Positions 24,428 through 36,286 of a stretch of DNA of 64,000 nt are shown in pieces. Location of the stretch: positions 41,914,001 to 41,978,000 of the forward strand of contig CM059432.1 of assembly GCA_030390025.1 (NCBI GenBank), read 5' to 3'. Every line of letters starts with the position of its first letter. The stretch's first letter is position 1. Below the pieces are notes generated by a model. The model ran no database searches, was not told the origin of the DNA, and worked only from the letters and a program-made list of their open reading frames with translations. The DNA comes from Squalus acanthias. Taxonomy: Eukaryota. Both the position numbers and the translations under genes were made by a program.

Positions 24428-26330
24428 AATGTAGTGTTTGAAAACGAGAAATGCGGAACAGCTACTAAGATTCTAGATTTAGGTAAGGCCGACTTCAATG
24501 GAATGAGACAGAGAATGTCCACAGTAAACTGGACAAATCTGTTAATGGGTAAAACGACAGATGATCAATGGGAGGTGTTCAAAAAATAATTTAATGTGAT
24601 ACAGAACCAGTTTATACCCGAGGGGCAAAAGCTCTACTTGCCAAAAAAACCCCAGCCATGGACGACTGACGAGGTAAGAGACAGCATAAAACTAAAAGAA
24701 AAAGTATACAAAAATGCAAAAAAAAGCAGATCCTGGTGAATAGGAAAGATACAAAGAACAGCAAAGGGTGACAAAACAGATAGTAAGATTACAAAAAGGG
24801 AGTATGAAAAGAAACTTGCAAGGGATATCAAAATCAACACAGAATTTTTACAATTAGGAAAAAGAGGGTGGTCAGGAGCAATGTTGGCCCCTTGAATACT
24901 GATATTGATGATATTGTCAATGATGAGGAAATGGCGGACATGTTGAATAATTACTTTGCGTCAGTATTTACAGTAGAGGAAGAGGATAGCATGCCAGAAA
25001 TCCCAAGGAAACTAATACTGAATCAAGGACAGGGACTCAATAAAATGAACATAAGCAAAATAGCAATAATGAAGAAAATAATGGCACTAAAGAGTGACAA
25101 AACCCCAGGACCAGACAGTTTCCATCCCAGGGTTTTAAAGGAAGTAGGTGAGAACATTGCAGATGCCCTAACTATAATCTTCCAAAGTTCTCTCGATTCA
25201 GGAACTATCCCTTTAGATTGGAAAATTGTGCATCTCACTCCACTATTTAAGAATGGTGAGAGGGAAACCAGGGAATTATAGACCAGTTAGCCTAACATCT
25301 ATTGTCGGCAAATTACAAGAGTCTATAATTAAGGATAGGGTGACTGAATACCTTAAAAATTTTCAGCTGATCAGAGAGAGCCAGCATGGATTTGTGAAAG
25401 GTAGGTCATACATGATTAACTTGATTGAATTTTTTGAAGAGGTAACTAAAGTAGTGGACAGGAGAATGTTATTTATATGGACTTCCAGAAGGCATTTGAT
25501 TAAATCCCTCATAAGAGACCGTTAACTGAGGTTGAAGCCAATGGAATTGAAGGCAAATTATTGGCCTGGTAAGGAAATTGGCTGAGCGGCAGGAGACAGA
25601 GAGTAGGGATAATGGGCAGGTACTCTAATTGGCAGGATGTGACTAGTGGTGTCCTGCAGGGATCTGTGTTCGGGCCTCAACTATTCACAGTATTTATTAA
25701 CGACTTAGACGATGGCATAGAAAGCCACATATCCAAATTTGTCGATGACACAAAGATAGCCAGTACTGTAGATTAAATCATAAAATTACAAAGGGATATT
25801 GATAGATTAAGTGAATGGGCAAAACTGTGGCAAATGGATTTCAATGTAGACAAATGTGAGGTCATCCACTTTGGACCTAAAAAGGATAGAGTAGGGTACT
25901 TTCTAAATGGTGAAAAGCTAAAAACAGTGGAGGTCCAAAGAAACTTGGGGGCAGGGGCAGGGGCAGGGGCAGGGGGTCTAGGTACATAGATCATTAAAAT
26001 GTCATGAACAGGTACAGAAAATAATCAAAAAGGCTAACTGAATGCTAGTCTTTATATCTAAAGGACTAGAATACAAGGGGTTGAAGTTATGCAGCAGTTA
26101 TACAAAGCCCTGGTTAGACCACACCTGGAGTACTGTGAGCAGTTCTGGGCACCACACCTTGGGAAGGATATATTGGCCTCGGAGGGAATGCAGTGTAGGT
26201 TTACCAGAATAATACCCGGACTCTAAGGGTTAAGTTACGAGGAGAGATTACACAAATTAGGGTTGTATTCCCTAGAATTTAGAAGGGTAAGGGGTGATTT
26301 GATCGAAGTTTTCAAGATATTAAAGGGAAC

Positions 26331-26512
26331 AGTCGTTGAGTATATTCAAGACAGAGATCGATAGATTTTTGGATATTAAGGGAATCAAGGGATATGGGGA
26401 TAGTGCAGGAACGTGGATTTGAGGTAGATCATCAGCCATAATCTTATTGAATGGCGGAGAAGGCTCGAGGGGCCAAATGGCTTACTCCTGCTGCTATTTC
26501 TTATGTTCTTAT
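26331..26512 (+). mobile_element. Second nested CR1 3' tail
   Basis: gtcgttgagtatattcaagac...ttcttatgttcttat is inserted within the host CR1 ORF2 end. Confidence 0.8.
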
Positions 26513-28899
26513 GAGATAAACTATTTCCGCTGGTTGGGGAGTCTAGGATTAGGGGGCATAGTCTAAAAATTAGAGCCAGACCTTTTAGGAGTGAAATTAG
26601 GAAACACTTCTACACACAAAGGGTGGTAGAAGTTTGGAACGCTCTTCCGCAAATGGCAATTGATCCTAGATCAATTGTTAATTTTAAATCTGATATTGAT
26701 AGATTTTTGTTAACCAAAAGGTATTAAGGGATATGGGCCAAAGGCAGGCATATGGAATTAGGTCATAGATCAGCCATGATCTCATTGAATAGCAGAACAG
26801 GCTCGAGGGACTAAATGGCTTACTCATGTTCCTAGTGGAGACAAAGTCTCGTCTTCACACTGAGGACACCCTCCATCGTATTGTGTGGCACTACCACTGT
26901 GCTAAATGGGATAGATTCAGAATAGATCTAGCAGCTCAAAACTGGGCATCCATGAGGCGCTGTGAGCTATCAGCAGCAGCAGAATTATATTCCACCACAA
27001 TCTGTAACCTCATGGACCAGCATATCCCTCACTACCATTACCATCAAGCCAGGGGACCAACCCTAGTACAATGAAAAGTGCAGAAGAGCAGCACCAAGCA
27101 TACCTAAAAATGAGGTGCCAACCTGGGAAAGCTGCAACACAGGACTACATGCATGCTAAACAGCAGAAACCGCATGTTTTAGACTGAGTTAAGCGATCTC
27201 ACAATCAACAGATCAGATCAAAGCGCTGCAGTCCTGCCACATCCAGTCGTGAATGATGGTGGACAGCTAAACAACTAACGGGAGGAGGAAGCTCCATGAA
27301 TATCCCCATACTCAATGATGGTGAAGCCCAGCACTTGAGTGCAAAAGACAAGGCTGAAGCGTTTGCAACCATCTTCCGAATGATCCATATCGGCCTTCTC
27401 CTGAGGTCCCAACCATCACAGAAGCCAATCTTCAACCAATTCGATTCACTCCACGTGATATCAAGAAACAGCTAAGCGCACTGGATACATCAAAGGCTGT
27501 GGGCCCTGACAACATCCCGGCTGTCGTGCTGAAGACTTGTGCTCCAGAACAACTTGCACCTCTAGCCAAACTGTTCCAGTACAATTACAACACTGGCATC
27601 CACCTGACAATGTGGAAAACTGCCCAGGTATGTCCTGTCCACAAAAAGCAGGACAAATCCAATCCAGCCAATTACTGCCCCATCAGTTTACTCTCAAAGA
27701 TCAGCAAAGTGATGGAAGGTGTCGTCGACAGTGCTATCAAACGGCACTTACTCACCAATAACCTGCTCACTGATGCTCAGTTTGGGTTCCGCCAGGATCA
27801 CCCGGCTCCAGACCTTGTTACAGCCTTGGTCCAAACATGGACAAAAGAGCTGAATTCAGAGGTGAGGTGAGAGTGACTGGCCTTGACATCAAGGCAGCAT
27901 TTGGCCAAGTTTGGCAGCAAGGAGCCCTAGTAAAATTGAATTCAATGGAAATCGAGAAAATTCTCCACTGGCTCGAGTCAAAGCTAGCACAAAGGAAGAT
28001 GGTTGTGGTTGTTGGAGGCCAAGGCACAAGTCAGGAGTGTGATGGAATACTCTTCACTTGCCTGGATGAGTGCAGCTCCAACAACACTCAAGAAGCTTGA
28101 CAGCATCCAGGACAAAGCAGCCTGCTTGATTGGCACCCTATCCACCACCTTAAAAAACATTCACTTCCTCCACCACCACCACACCATGGCTGCAGTGTGT
28201 ACCATCTACAAGATGCACTGCAGCAACGCGCCAAGGCTTCTTCGACAGCACCTCCCAAACCCGCAACCTCTACCACCTAGGACAAGGGCAGCAGGCACAT
28301 GGAGTTTATCCATATAGTACATGATTGCTCCCCAACTTAAATTTTATTCTTACCATTCAAAATAGTTTGCCACAAATAGATGACAGCACCGTGTGTATAG
28401 TATAGGCATTCTACTGGCAGTAGGGAGGAGTTTTTCGCCACGAGCCAAGGTGTGCCAGCATCAGAAGAGGGCTTAGAAGACATGTCTATCCCTAGAGTTG
28501 TGCATATCGACCACTCATTTTCCTGACAACTTTTATGCCACTGTCTCATTTTACACTTTGCCCGATTTTCTTTACCGTTGATTTCAATGGAAAAGAAAAT
28601 CTAGTCGCGTTTAAACGGGCTTCCAATTCTCTATCGCCCATTTGCGCTACAGCCCAAAATGAATTTCACCCCAATGAACCCCAAACAGGAAGGAGAAATT
28701 GTGATACAAGTAAAGTTGCATATAAATTTCCATAGTCAGCTGAAGTATTAGTGATCTTGATGGAAAACTGTTACACAGCTCTGCTAACAACTCCCAATGA
28801 AGTTAGGAAAGCAGTAAATAAAAGTTTAGATTACAATTCTCTGAAGTTTCAATTAACCCATAGGTCACAGCATAATTTTATGCACTATCATTCAAACAG

Positions 28900-29312
28900 G
28901 AGGGTATGGTAGCTTAGTGGTTATTTTACTGAAGCAGTAATCCAGAGGCCTGGACTAATAATCCAGAGAATGTGAGTTCACAGCCATTTGAGAAAACGAT
29001 TTTTTTTTTTAAAAAGGAAATAAAAAACCAATATAAGTAAAAAAAAAAGTGTCAATGAACCTAATCGGATTGTTGTAAAAACACAATTGGTTCACCAATC
29101 CCCTTTAGGGAAGGAAACCTGTCGTCTTTACCCAGTCTGGCCTATATACCAACACACCACACCAACGTGGTTGATTCTTAACTGCCCTCTGAAGCAAGCC
29201 ACTCAGTTGTATCAACCCGCTACAAAGATTACCATCTTCTCAGGACAATTATGGATGAGCAATAAATGCCGGGCTTGCCAATGATACCTACGTCCTGAGA
29301 ATTAATAAAAAA
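28900..29312 (+). mobile_element. tRNA-derived SINE sharing head, core and 3' tail with the SINE-headed LINE
   Basis: TAGCTTAGTGG A box, gagttcac B-like box, core ggttcaccaatcccctttagggaaggaaacctg, then a direct join to accatcttctcaggacaatt...caataaatgc...aataaaaa, the LINE tail. Confidence 0.8.
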
Positions 29313-29826
29313 TAAATGATGGCCATGATTTTCCATCCATTGATTTAATAAAAAGGCAAGTAATGTGCTTGCTTTCATCATCAATGTAGACTTAGAAAAC
29401 AAGTTTACGTGTACTACATGTACAAGCAAATTTTGTACAGCTGATTGGCAGATCGCCAGTACCTTTGCTATACAAGATGCACATCAGCTTTAGAATGTAA
29501 ACAATTGCACATTGTGCAACATAGTTAATGTTTATAGTGCACAATCAGATGAACTTTTCACACACCTGTTGTGTATAAAGTAACATGTCCCCTTAAATCT
29601 TTAATGAGTTAAAACTACTTAACTGTTTACATATAAAATTTTGGCATACATAACAGTAGAAAATTAAAATAGTGTTTGGCAATGTCAAATGTTTTAAAGC
29701 ATTTCTGAAATTTCTTGCAAGGCTGGACAAGTTTACAGCAATTAAGATTATAAAATAAATGTAGCATAAACAGAAATAACTATCCAATTGTCCAAAAAAA
29801 AAGTTTGTGTGGCGTTGTCATCTTCT

Positions 29827-29931
29827 TCAGTCATCTTCATCTTCCTCCTCCTCATCATCATCCTCCTCCTCGTCGTCGTCATCCTCATCCTCCTCTTCTA
29901 CCTCTGTTTTCCTACATAGTGGAGTGTGGTG
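29827..29931 (-). CDS. CIBAR1: CIBAR1/FAM92A last coding exon with acidic tail (HHTPLCRKTEVEEEDEDDDD...EDD*)
   Basis: Acceptor ttttttttggtatag, phase 0, TGA stop at 29827-29829. The acidic C-terminus is typical of FAM92A. Confidence 0.75.
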   Translation of the reverse strand, partial: HHTPLCRKTEVEEEDEDDDDEEEDDDEEEEDEDD

Positions 29932-30619
29932 CTATACCAAAAAAAAATTGGATTTGAGAACAAACCTAGATATCACTGATATTACATCACAATTTCACAA
30001 GCTAAGCCAAGGTGCCCAAGTATTATTAGAGTTTATAGAGTTCCTCCCCCAAGAGAAAGGCAGATATTACTGGCTCCATGGTGCCAACTTGGTTATACAA
30101 TAGTCAAACAAAAATTGAATACCACATTTGCAAAAAGTGTAACTATGTTTTTAGAGTGTTAAATAAGTCTTTGGTAAAGAGTGTTCTCAGAATTCAGAAA
30201 ATACACTTTACATCTCATTTTGTCTTTATGCAACAGATAGTTGAAGTTAGTCTCTGCATGTACTTAACAATCACAGGCCTGTGAAGTCAACAAAACCGAA
30301 ACCTACACATTTCAGTAAACACCCAGCAATACAATATAGGTCCATGTGACTGCAGCAGTCACTTACAGCACTGACTTTAAATAGCAAGTATGGAGTGCTA
30401 ATGGCAAAATAGAATTTTTCTCAGACGACAAGGAATTAATTTAATATATCTTCTATATTTTCTCTTGGCCCCTCCTTCATCCAAGGAAACTATCTGATCT
30501 GCACAAAGTCAAAATATGTCATTAAAATGAAGGTGACCCCCAATAAGCAGGGAATATACAAGTTATTTTATTTTATTTTTTCTTGCCAATTTTCTCTCTT
30601 TTTAATGCAGTAATCGTCC

Positions 30620-30930
30620 AGCACCTGGCCCAAGTGTGCATTATTGATAGGTGAGCCTTGGCAGTGAAGGTTTGGAAATGGTCCAACCCAAAGAGCATTA
30701 TAGCCAAACCCAATCTTACTATCATGTCCTCACATGGCAGTTCTAGTGGGGCTTACTAGATAGCAATCATGAGTGGGATTCCTAGTGATTTCTCTTCCCA
30801 ATCCAGGGACACAGGTTATTAGCATCCTAGCACTGCTTCGGCTGACACCAAGTGAGCAATGCCTGGGGTGTTGAATTTGGAACCTTCCTAGTTTTAATGA
30901 CACAGTTACTCATTGGATAACCTCACTAAG
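30620..30930 (-). mobile_element. Ancient, diverged tRNA-derived SINE (family unresolved)
   Basis: Head-like ...ggaaggttccaaattcaacacccc on the minus strand. Related diverged pieces at about 18560-18670 (+). Confidence 0.35.
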
Positions 30931-31329
30931 AAAGAAAAAGAGCCAGATTTATGTTTTTAAAGAGATGGGAATACTTTATATAGAAAGCTCTCTACCTTAG
31001 CCTACCCTCCTGGATTTTGCTCGTGTTGCCTGACTAGATTTTTAAAACTTATGCTTCCTTGTACACAAGGTGGTATCCTCGTGTACAATCCGAAGCAATT
31101 CCTGCCATTTTTTAGAAAATGGTTCCCTCCCATTCCACTCTCATAGCAGGGTCTTAGACAAGATAGACGCTAAGGAACCTTGTACTCACAAATTTAAAAG
31201 GTAGTAACTAATTGATAGCTTGGTTGGTTGAACACTCATCTCACAGACGGGTGACAGAGAAGAATGTCTCTGAGTGAGCTATGAGGTTTGCAGGCAGCAG
31301 CAGAAAGCAATTTGCATTAGGCGAGTGCC

Positions 31330-32860
31330 CAAGGGTTCAATATGGTGGGCAGCATGCGTGCACTCATTCTGTGCTGGAAGTGCACCGCCTGCCATATTGG
31401 ATCGTGCTCCTGCATAGGCCTCCAGTGCCTGCACCGTAAGTATTAAAAACGGCCATTATAACTAAATAAGGGACCTACGCTTGTTGTAGGACCCTTTTCT
31501 GAAATTGGTCTGCCCTAGCGCCTGACTCACCGCATAATAAGCTCACTGAGCAAATCATGGCGCGAACAGGCAGCAAAGACCCTGCGGCAGTACTATTTAA
31601 AGGGCTCATCCCCTCCATAAAGGTTAGTTGCTGGTTTGTCCTTTTAGGCTGCAAGATAACTTCTGGGTGTTTGGTTGCCTATTTTATCACTTCTACAACT
31701 CAATTCTCACTTCTGCTAACAAGCATTTGCTGATACGGGACTGTTTTTGTCTGAACTCAAAACAATTTTATTGCAGTCATAGATGGTCTGGTAGGTCTTC
31801 CCTTGAGACTGGAGGACGAGGGTGAACAGCAAAGAAGACAGGAGAGGAGGGTGGAGCTCACTGTGCAGGAGGCCATACCCACAGTGAATCTTCAGCGAGC
31901 ACTTTTCATACTTCAACTTCACTAAGGATCAATGTGTCTGGCACTGTCGCATCACAAAGGAGACTATCACTGAGCTATGTCACCTGCTTTAGCCACAACT
32001 GGAGCCTCAAACCAGGGCATAGATAAGCATTGTGTGTGGCTGTCAAGGTCATAGTGGCCCTTAACTTTTATGCAACGGGCACCTTCCAGGCTGCAGAGGT
32101 GGCATCAGTGACATCTCCCAATTTGCTGTGCTGCAATGACCTGGCAGTCGCCAGGAGGAACACCTACATCCCAATGGATAGAATGAAGCATGAGGAGAGA
32201 GCACTAGGCATCACCCGCATTGCAAGCTTCCCAGGGTCCAGGGTGTCCGAGACTGGACCCACATTGCCTTGCATGCTCTCCATCGCCATCCTGGCATTTT
32301 TCTGAACAGAAAGTGATTCCACTCTCTCAATGTTCAGCTCGTTTTTGACCACAGGCAGTGCAATCATCCTGTGCTAGTCCTCTGTGCTGCCTTTATTCCA
32401 ACCAGGCCATCTGGATACTGGGCAACAAGGGCTATCCACTTCAGACTTGGCTGATGACCATCAGGAACCCAGATACAGCTGCAGAGATGGCCTACAATGA
32501 GAGTCATGCTGCCAGCAGAAATACCTTTGAGCAGACTGTCGGCATGCTCAAGCAATGCTTCCGCTGCCTGGACTGTTCAGGAGATTTGCAGTACACCCCT
32601 GACTGTGTATCCAGATTTGTGATCATGTGCTGCATGCTGCATGACTTCACGATAATGAGGGACCAGCCCTTACCACTACCTGGGCAGCAAGAAGTGCAGG
32701 AGCGGGAGGAAGAGCAGGAGCGGCATCATCTAACAGTGCCACTAGCTGCCAGAGCTCACAGCAAGCAGCTCATCTCTTCCATCCCCAATACACCAAGAGT
32801 CCTACAATCCTTATCACTACTATCCTTATTGCCACCATATGACTGCCTTCCTTCAGTCTA
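31330..32860 (+). mobile_element. Degenerate PIF/Harbinger transposon with transposase pseudogene
   Basis: RRPYP, AVKVIVALNFYATGTFQ, WILGNKGYPLQTWLMT, YNESHAASRNTFEQTVGMLKQCFRCLD and CCMLHDF, the Harbinger DDE motifs, spread over several frames. Confidence 0.85.
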
Positions 32861-32869
32861 GCCGTATCA

Positions 32870-33295
32870 GTTTTGCCTTCACTTATTTATTTTTAGTTTC
32901 CTTTGTGCCGCTGGCATTTTATCCTCTTCCCCTGTGAAAGTATTCATTTAACAAGTCTGCCATTTCCTTATTAGCCATTATAGTATCACCTTCATCTGTT
33001 CACATTCCCCCTTAATAAACTTATAAAAACTTTTACTATTAGCTTTGATATCTCTTGCAAGTTTTTTCCATACTACCTTTTTGCACCTCTTGTTACATTT
33101 TTTGTATCCTTTTCTTGCTTTTTATAGCTCTCCATGTCTGCTGGATTTCCACTTTTCCTTGCATTTGTGTAAGCCTTTTCTTTTCGCTTGATACTGTCTC
33201 TAACCTCATTTGTTGACCCAGGTCGCTTAACTGCACAAGTGAAGTTTTTGCCGTTTATGGGCATGTACTGGTTTTGTATTGTACCAAATAACTGG
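32870..33295 (-). mobile_element. CR1 ORF2 linker fragment
   Basis: TNEVRDSIKRKEKAYTNARKSG...AKR, matching 24650-24900 of the CR1 copy. Confidence 0.7.
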
Positions 33296-33554
33296 GCACA
33301 GGGAATGATACCTACGCTGGAATGGTAGGTCCGAGGCACACCTGATATTGGGCTTCAAGCCTCATTTACATGAGACCGGTGAGCAGCTCGCCAGCAAAGA
33401 GGATTTCAATTTTGGGCGCTGAGGCGCGGCAGCAGTCCTCCAATAGGACCAAGGATGGGCGGGGATGGGGTGGGGCGAGGGGGGAAGCGATCAGGAGGGA
33501 CAGTCTGATTGGAAGAGACGGGGGGGGGGGGGGGGGGGGGGGGAAGAGATCACA

Positions 33555-33905
33555 AAATACATAGAATATACAGCACAGAAACAAGCCACAGCCCAACCAG
33601 TCCATGCTGGCATTTATGCTTCACTAGAGCCTTCTCCAATCCTTCCTCATTTAACCCTCAGCGTAACCCTCTATTCCCTTCTCCCTCTTATGCTTATCTA
33701 GCCTCCCCTTAAATGCATCTAGACTATTTGCCTCAACTACTCCTTGTGGTAGCGAGTTCCACATTCTCACCACTCTCTGGGTAAAGAAGTTTCTTCTGAA
33801 CTCCCCATTTGATTTCTTGGTGACGATCTTATGTTGATGGCCTCGAGTTGTGCTCTTCCCCACAAGTGGAAACACTCTCTCCGTGTCTACTCTAACAAAA
33901 CCTCT
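33555..33905 (-). mobile_element. CR1 3' fragment
   Basis: RVDTERVFPLVG...RRNFFTQRVVRMWNSLPQ plus tail. Confidence 0.8.
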
Positions 33906-34212
33906 CAATTTTATTATGAATTATTAAGTGACCCCTCAGCTCAGATTGAGAGGATGAAGCAATCAGCAGGGAAGGGGCAATGGAGGGCCGGCACTTCAGT
34001 GGACTTGGGAGGAGTGCTCCTACTACTTCATCTCCACATTCAGTCAAGTATTTTTTTTAAAAAACGTACCTTTTTGGTGACAACCACCATATAGACTATG
34101 TTTACCTGAATGTAGCTGGTCCGATTTTGCAAAAGGGGCTTCAAAGAGGCATGAGGCCCTCTATTTGCACATGCAAGGGGCCTATCACCTGTGTCAGGCA
34201 CGGGCCCCGGAC

Positions 34213-34367
34213 CAATGTTCCTCCTAAGGTGCGTGGCCACGCATCAATCGCGAGGTCCCGCGCAGGCCGGTCACCAGCTGCTGCCGCTGGAAGAGATACT
34301 GCGCATGCGCGGCCGTGCAGCAAATTTAAAAGGGCCTGCGCAGGAAAAAATATTAGAGGGAACATAG
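34213..34367. mobile_element. hAT-type MITE, 155 bp
   Basis: TIRs caatgttcctcctaa / ttagagggaacatag. 8-bp TSD ccccggac (34205-12) / ccccggat (34368-75). Confidence 0.75.
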
Positions 34368-34469
34368 CCCCGGATGCCTCTTTTTCTGCCTTAACCAATA
34401 TGGTGGGTGGCACACTTACGGCACATAATAAACACATGCACGGCACCCGCCATATTGGATGCATAAGTT

Positions 34470-35610
34470 TTTTTTTAATTCGTTTTATGGGATGTGGGCG
34501 TAGCTGGCAAGGCCAGCATTTATTGCCCATCCCTAATTGCCCTCGAGAAGGTGGTGGTGAGTCGCCTTCTTGAACCACTGCAGTCCGTGTGGTGTTGGCT
34601 AGGGAGTTCCAGGATTTTGACCCAGCGACGATGAAGGATCGGCGATATACTTCTAAGTCAGGATGATGTGTGACTTGGAGGGGAACTTGGAGGTGGTGGT
34701 GTTCCCATGCGTCTGCTGCCCTTGTCCTTCTAGGTGGAAGAGGTCGCGGGTTTGGGAGGTGCTGCAGTGCATCTTGTAGATGGTACACACTGCAGCCACG
34801 GTACACCGGTGGTGGAGGGAGTGGATGTTTAAGGTGGTAGAGGGGTTGCCAATCAAGTGGGCTGCTTTGTCCTGGATGGTGTTGAGCTTCTTGAGTGTTG
34901 TTGGAGCTGCACTCATCCAGGCAAGTGAAGAGTATTCCATCACACTCCTTACTTGTGCCTTGTAGATGGTGGAAAGGCTTTGGGGAGTCAGGAGGTGAGA
35001 CACTCGCCGCAGAATACCTAGCCTCTAACCTGTTCTTGTTGCCACAGTATTTATGTGGTTGGTCCAGTTAAGTTTTGGGTCAATGGTGACCCCCCAGGAT
35101 GTTGATGGTGGGGGATTCTGTGATGGTAATGCCATTGAATGTCAAGGGGCGGTGTTTAGACTCTCGCTTGTTGGAGATAGTCATTGCCTGGCACTTCTGT
35201 GGCGCGAATGTTACCTGCCACTTATCAGCCCAAGCCTGAACATCATCCATGTCTTGTTGCATGCTGTCATGGACTGCTTCATTATCTGAGGAGTTGTGAA
35301 TGGCACTGAACACTGTGCAGTCATGAGTGAACATCCCCATTTCTGACCTTATGTTGGAGGGAAGGTCATTGATGAAGCAGCTGAAGATGGTTGGGCCTAG
35401 GACACTGCCCTGAGGAACTCCTGCAGCGATGTCCTGGGGCTGTGATGATTGACCTTCAATCACCACAACCATCTTCCTTTGGACTAGGTATGACTCCAGC
35501 CAGTGGAGAGTTCCCCCCCCCCCCCCCCCCCCCAATTCCCATTGACTTCAGTTTTACTAGGGCTCCTTCATGCCACACACGGTCAAATGCTGCCTTGATG
35601 TCAAGGGTAG
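34470..35610 (-). mobile_element. 5'-truncated copy of the SINE-headed LINE family (RT to 3' tail)
   Basis: TLHWLESYLVQRKMVVVIEGQSSQPQDIAAGVPQGSVLGPTIFSCFINDLP on the minus strand. Confidence 0.9.
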
Positions 35611-35639
35611 TGATCGTTTTGCACCTGAAAAATGGGGAC

Positions 35640-36140
35640 AGCACCATCAAATTTCTAGGCCATTGTTCCAGAAAACTGTGCCAAATACATTCTAGAATGC
35701 TGTTGCCTTTACTACATGAGCTATTCTATTTCTTCCAGTCTGTGAAAATTAAAATCTCCCAAAATAACCACATTCTTTCTGCTACATGCTTCCCCGATCT
35801 CATATTTATACATTCCCTCACCACATCACTACTGTGAGGAAGTCAGCAGATACCAGAGTTTTGAATCCTTTACTGTTCCTTAGTTTTACCCATACTGTTT
35901 CCACTGCCTGTTCACCCTTACGGAAGTCCTTTCTTGTGTCTTTTATCAATATTGCTATTTCTCCTCCTTTCCCAATTTCTCTGTCCTTTCGAAATATCCT
36001 ATAGCCGGGAATATTTGAATCCCAATCATGCTCAGCTTATAGCCAGGTTTCTGCAATGGCTACTACATCATGCCATTTGAACTGAATTTGTGATTTTAAC
36101 TCACTTGTTTCCTTTCTTATACTATGTGCATTCCTGTATA
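35640..36140 (-). mobile_element. Old CR1 endonuclease fragment
   Basis: IYRNAHSIRK...DVVAIAETWL on the minus strand. Confidence 0.6.
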
Positions 36141-36286
36141 TAACTCTTATTTGGATATATGTTCCCACCATGCCCATATGCCCTGATGGTGTATTTCTCA
36201 CACTTTTTGATTCATCACACTTCTTTTTGTTGATGCTCTGTACATCGCTATACAGACAATTTAATATGTTTTTATTTTTTAATAAC

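Larger units (their letters stand above)
21822..26834 (+). mobile_element. Near full-length, degenerate CR1 LINE
   Basis: 5' UTR with 57-bp repeats; ORF1 from ATG 22250 (MAEQVVCLDCSMWE zinc-finger start, later VVVVGDSIIRG and VVVHVGTNNIG SGNH-esterase motifs); ORF2 from about 23430 (ILYTNARSIRN, VAITETWL, NYRPVSLTS, QHGFVKGRS, FVDD); CR1 3' tail. Many stops and frameshifts. Confidence 0.9.
20861..28305 (+). mobile_element. SINE-headed APE-RT LINE copy (20861-21821 plus 26835-28305), split by a CR1 insertion
   Basis: Head/core, then the APE ORF 21222-21821. It resumes at gtggagacaaagtc (26835) exactly where the 36287 copy continues. RT at 27499-28020, then an internal deletion and the C-terminus. 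Confidence 0.85.

Noticed and set aside
29807..30103. Plus-strand poly-serine ORF
   Set aside because: It is the antisense reading of the CIBAR1 acidic-tail exon.
32358..32861. Domesticated HARBI1 gene
   Set aside because: The transposase is broken over several frames with deletions and stops, so it is a transposon relic.
33520..33543. Long G/C homopolymers (also about 770, 15512, 22665, 35514)
   Set aside because: These are simple slippage tracts inside repeats with unreliable lengths, and there is no evidence of function.
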